DNA of 64,000 nt from Octopus bimaculoides (lineage: Eukaryota): contig NC_068981.1 in NCBI RefSeq assembly GCF_001194135.2, positions 147,713,669-147,777,668 of the forward strand, given 5' to 3'. A program made the position numbers and the translations under genes. The first letter of the stretch is position 1; every line of letters starts with the position of its first letter. Shown here piece after piece: positions 61,451 to 64,000 of this stretch. The notes under the pieces are model-generated. The model was not told the DNA's origin. It made no database searches and was given only the letters and a program-made list of their open reading frames with translations.

Positions 61451-61878
61451 CAGGGTCAGATTAAAACACAGAGAAGCCCTAAGCACGTAAAAGATTTTGG
61501 TGCTCCCATATATGTAATTCAAAATATAAACAATAATAAACCATAAAATAAAACTTTTAGTTTTCAAAATGCAACCAAACTAAAAGTAAGATGGAAAATA
61601 ATGCTTATTTTTGAATACTTCCACTTTATTTATATTCGAAAATGTTCTCGTACATTTTTTAATTACAAAGTCTTTGATCAGATCCTCACTATGACACCAT
61701 GAACACTTCAAAATTATATTTTCAATCATATAAACTACTTTGAATATTATTTCAGCAACTTTAGAATGATTTGATTTCTTTTGTGCTGTAAATCATTTGC
61801 TATTTCTGTGGTGCTCCCACCACTTCCCTTAATGCCCTAAGCACATGCTTATTTTGCGTAATGGTTAATCCAATGCTG
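61451..61878. mobile_element. Degenerate hAT-like MITE
   Basis: CAGGGTCAGATTAA.. / ..TTAATCCAATGCTG; subterminal gccctaagcac and ggtgctccc occur twice. Confidence 0.55.
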
Positions 61879-61889
61879 AACTAAGCAAC

Positions 61890-62165
61890 CTGAGACCATT
61901 TCTGATTCTATGACACCATGCCATCAAAAAACACCTCTGATTCTATCATACCAAACCATCTGAGACAATCCCTAGTTCTATGAGACCAATTCATATGAGA
62001 ACATCTCTTGTTCTGTGATACTAATCAGCTTGAAAACACTCTTGATTCTGTGATACCAAAATATCAGAGACCACCTCTGGTTCTATGAAACTGACTTCCT
62101 TGAGACTACTCTGGTTCTATGGTACTAAGCCATCTGAGACCATCTTCGGTTCTGTGATGCAAAGC
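61890..62165 (+). repeat. Degenerate 35-bp minisatellite, about 8 copies
   Basis: Consensus about ctgagaccacctctggttctatgataccaanccat. Confidence 0.8.
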
Positions 62166-62254
62166 CTTTCATTTCAACAATGCTATATTTAAATTAAAGA
62201 TCTCTCTTTGCAATTTTTTGTTTAGTTTTGATCCAGATATCAACTTAATCATAA

Positions 62255-62625
62255 AACAAAGGCACTCAGAGAGCACAAACCTCCACCAAGGCAACACCAT
62301 CGTCCTCTCAACGATTAGCCAGAAATAATTTTAAAAATGAGAATATCTAAAATAAACTTGACTGCTCTCACAAAGAAGAATACTAAAAATGAACCCGACC
62401 ACTCTCGAAAATTAGGTAAAAAAATGGAAAAATAATCCAGAAGCCTTGTCCAGTACCAGATCGATCCCAAAATCTAATCAGTTTGTGCCAGTTACGAGGT
62501 CAAACATCCCTGAAAATTTCATCCAAATTCATCCAGTAGTTCTTGAGATATCTTGTCTACAAAAAACAAACAAAAAAACACGACTGAAAATAATACCTCC
62601 CCCTTTGCTAAGGCAGAGGTAATAA
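62255..62625 (+). mobile_element. Non-autonomous Helentron/DINE-like element
   Basis: Subterminal acctccaccaaggc (62279-62292) and 3' hairpin acctcc...aaggcagaggt-aataa; no TSD seen. Confidence 0.55.
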
Positions 62626-63414
62626 ACAATAGAATCCAAAGAAAAAGTGCTGGTTATTGTTGGTGATTCGTGAGTAATTAGTAAAGAGGATAGAATCAAT
62701 TGTTTACTGTCAGAAAAAGGAAGAGCTTAAGGTTTTGTACTTAAAGAGAATGATGGTACCTGATGGCACTGAATACAATAAACTGGAGGGGTTGGGGTAC
62801 AGCCCCAGAAATTCTAATTAATAATGTAAATAACAGGATACAAGGAAACTAGTGGTGATCTGAATTTATCGAAAGATACAGGCTGTGCCCTTTGTTAGAA
62901 AACTAATAATAATTGAGTTATTAAATTATATCATCAACTTCATCGTTTTAACATCCACTTTTCTGTGCTCACATGGGTTGAATGGAATTTGGTGAGGTAG
63001 ATTTTCTCTGGCCAGATGGTCTTCCTGTCACAAACCCTACCTGTTTTTAAGTATGGTAATATTTTCCTACAACCAGACATGTTTTCACAGAATATTGAAA
63101 ATGAAGGAGACTTTTTGCATTATGCTGACAATCATTTACAACTATCACTTTAACTTTCTGGGATACATGGTTTGTCTCTAGTGAAAATTCAACTAGCTTA
63201 TGTGATATTGTGCTACAAGCATTGTCAGATCCAACCATAGCACATCTAGCCCCCACCCCCACCGCGCCCCTTTCTTGGGTGTTCTAGGCAACTAGAGACC
63301 TGGTATACTTCCCTTCTGTACTGATGTGTCGATGTATTTATTGTTCAGCAGAAAATTGGGGAGTTTCTTGGACACAATCCTGAAAAAAAAATCTTGCTTT
63401 CCTCATTGAGAAAA

Positions 63415-63610
63415 GAGAGTGTTTTTGTGTTTGTCTTCCTACCATTGCCTAACAACCAGTGTTGGTTTTGTTTATGTCCCTATAACTGAGCAGTTCAGCA
63501 AAAGAAATCAATAGTATTTACTTAAAAAATAGTAAGCACTGGGGTTCATTTTTTCACAGTGCTTCAGCATGGCCACAGTCCAATGACTGAAACAAGTACA
63601 AGATAAAGGT
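63415..63610 (+). mobile_element. SINE family A, 3' half
   Basis: ..cagcatggccacagtccaatgactgaaacaagtacaagataaa. Confidence 0.75.
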
Positions 63611-63761
63611 AAAATATAGGTGTATATGTGGGTGTGGGTGTGGATGTTAGTTTCTAAAACAAATGTGTGCATATATGTCCATCATAGGATAGGACTTCTA
63701 TAAGTTTACATTTTTTAAATTCTTCATCAAAATATCATTTGTGTTTATTATATTGTATATT

Positions 63762-64000
63762 CATCATCATCATCATCATCGTTTAACGCCCGCTTTCCAT
63801 GCTAGCATCGGTTGGACGATTTGACTGAGGACTGGTGAAACCGGATGGCTACACCAGGCTCCAATCTAATTTGGCAGAGTTTCTACAGCTGGATGCCCTT
63901 CCTAACACCAACCACTCAGAGAGTGTAGTGGGTGCTTTTACGTGTCACCCGCACGAAAACGGCCACGCTCGAAATGGTGTCTTTTATGTGCCACCCGCAC
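63762..64000 (-). mobile_element. Young RTE 3' tail (runs off the window)
   Basis: (CAT)n gtttaacgcccgctttccatgctagc... Confidence 0.9.

Noticed and set aside
61890-62165. CRISPR-like array
   Set aside because: Contiguous degenerate units with no unique spacers, no cas genes, and a eukaryotic context.

Overview
Eukaryotic, AT-rich, repeat-dominated DNA with seven N-gaps. The SINE families, (GAT)n-tailed RTE LINEs and microsatellite load suggest an octopus (coleoid cephalopod) genome; this is inference, not a database match. No complete protein-coding gene is visible, and most ORF-track entries are microsatellite or N artefacts. Supported content: (1) a TSD-flanked Ty3/Gypsy provirus lacking RT/RNase H, with a foldback in its protease, nested in an old RTE LINE; (2) a Tc1-like element with DD36E spacing, a maT-like DD37D element, a mariner 5' fragment, and hAT, piggyBac-like, mariner and Helentron-like MITEs; (3) RTE, R4/Dong-like and Penelope-like (PLE) retroelements; (4) three tRNA-derived SINE families. 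The best lead is a young 5'-truncated PLE at 23534-24506. Its two identical 156-bp inverted pseudo-LTRs each carry a minimal type I hammerhead ribozyme with a compensatory U3-A8 core, and further hammerhead remnants lie at about 13.7 and 18.4 kb. A phase-compatible chain of short minus-strand exons (59.4 to 44.8 kb) suggests the window lies in the introns of an unidentified gene. All alignments, folds and counts were done by eye.
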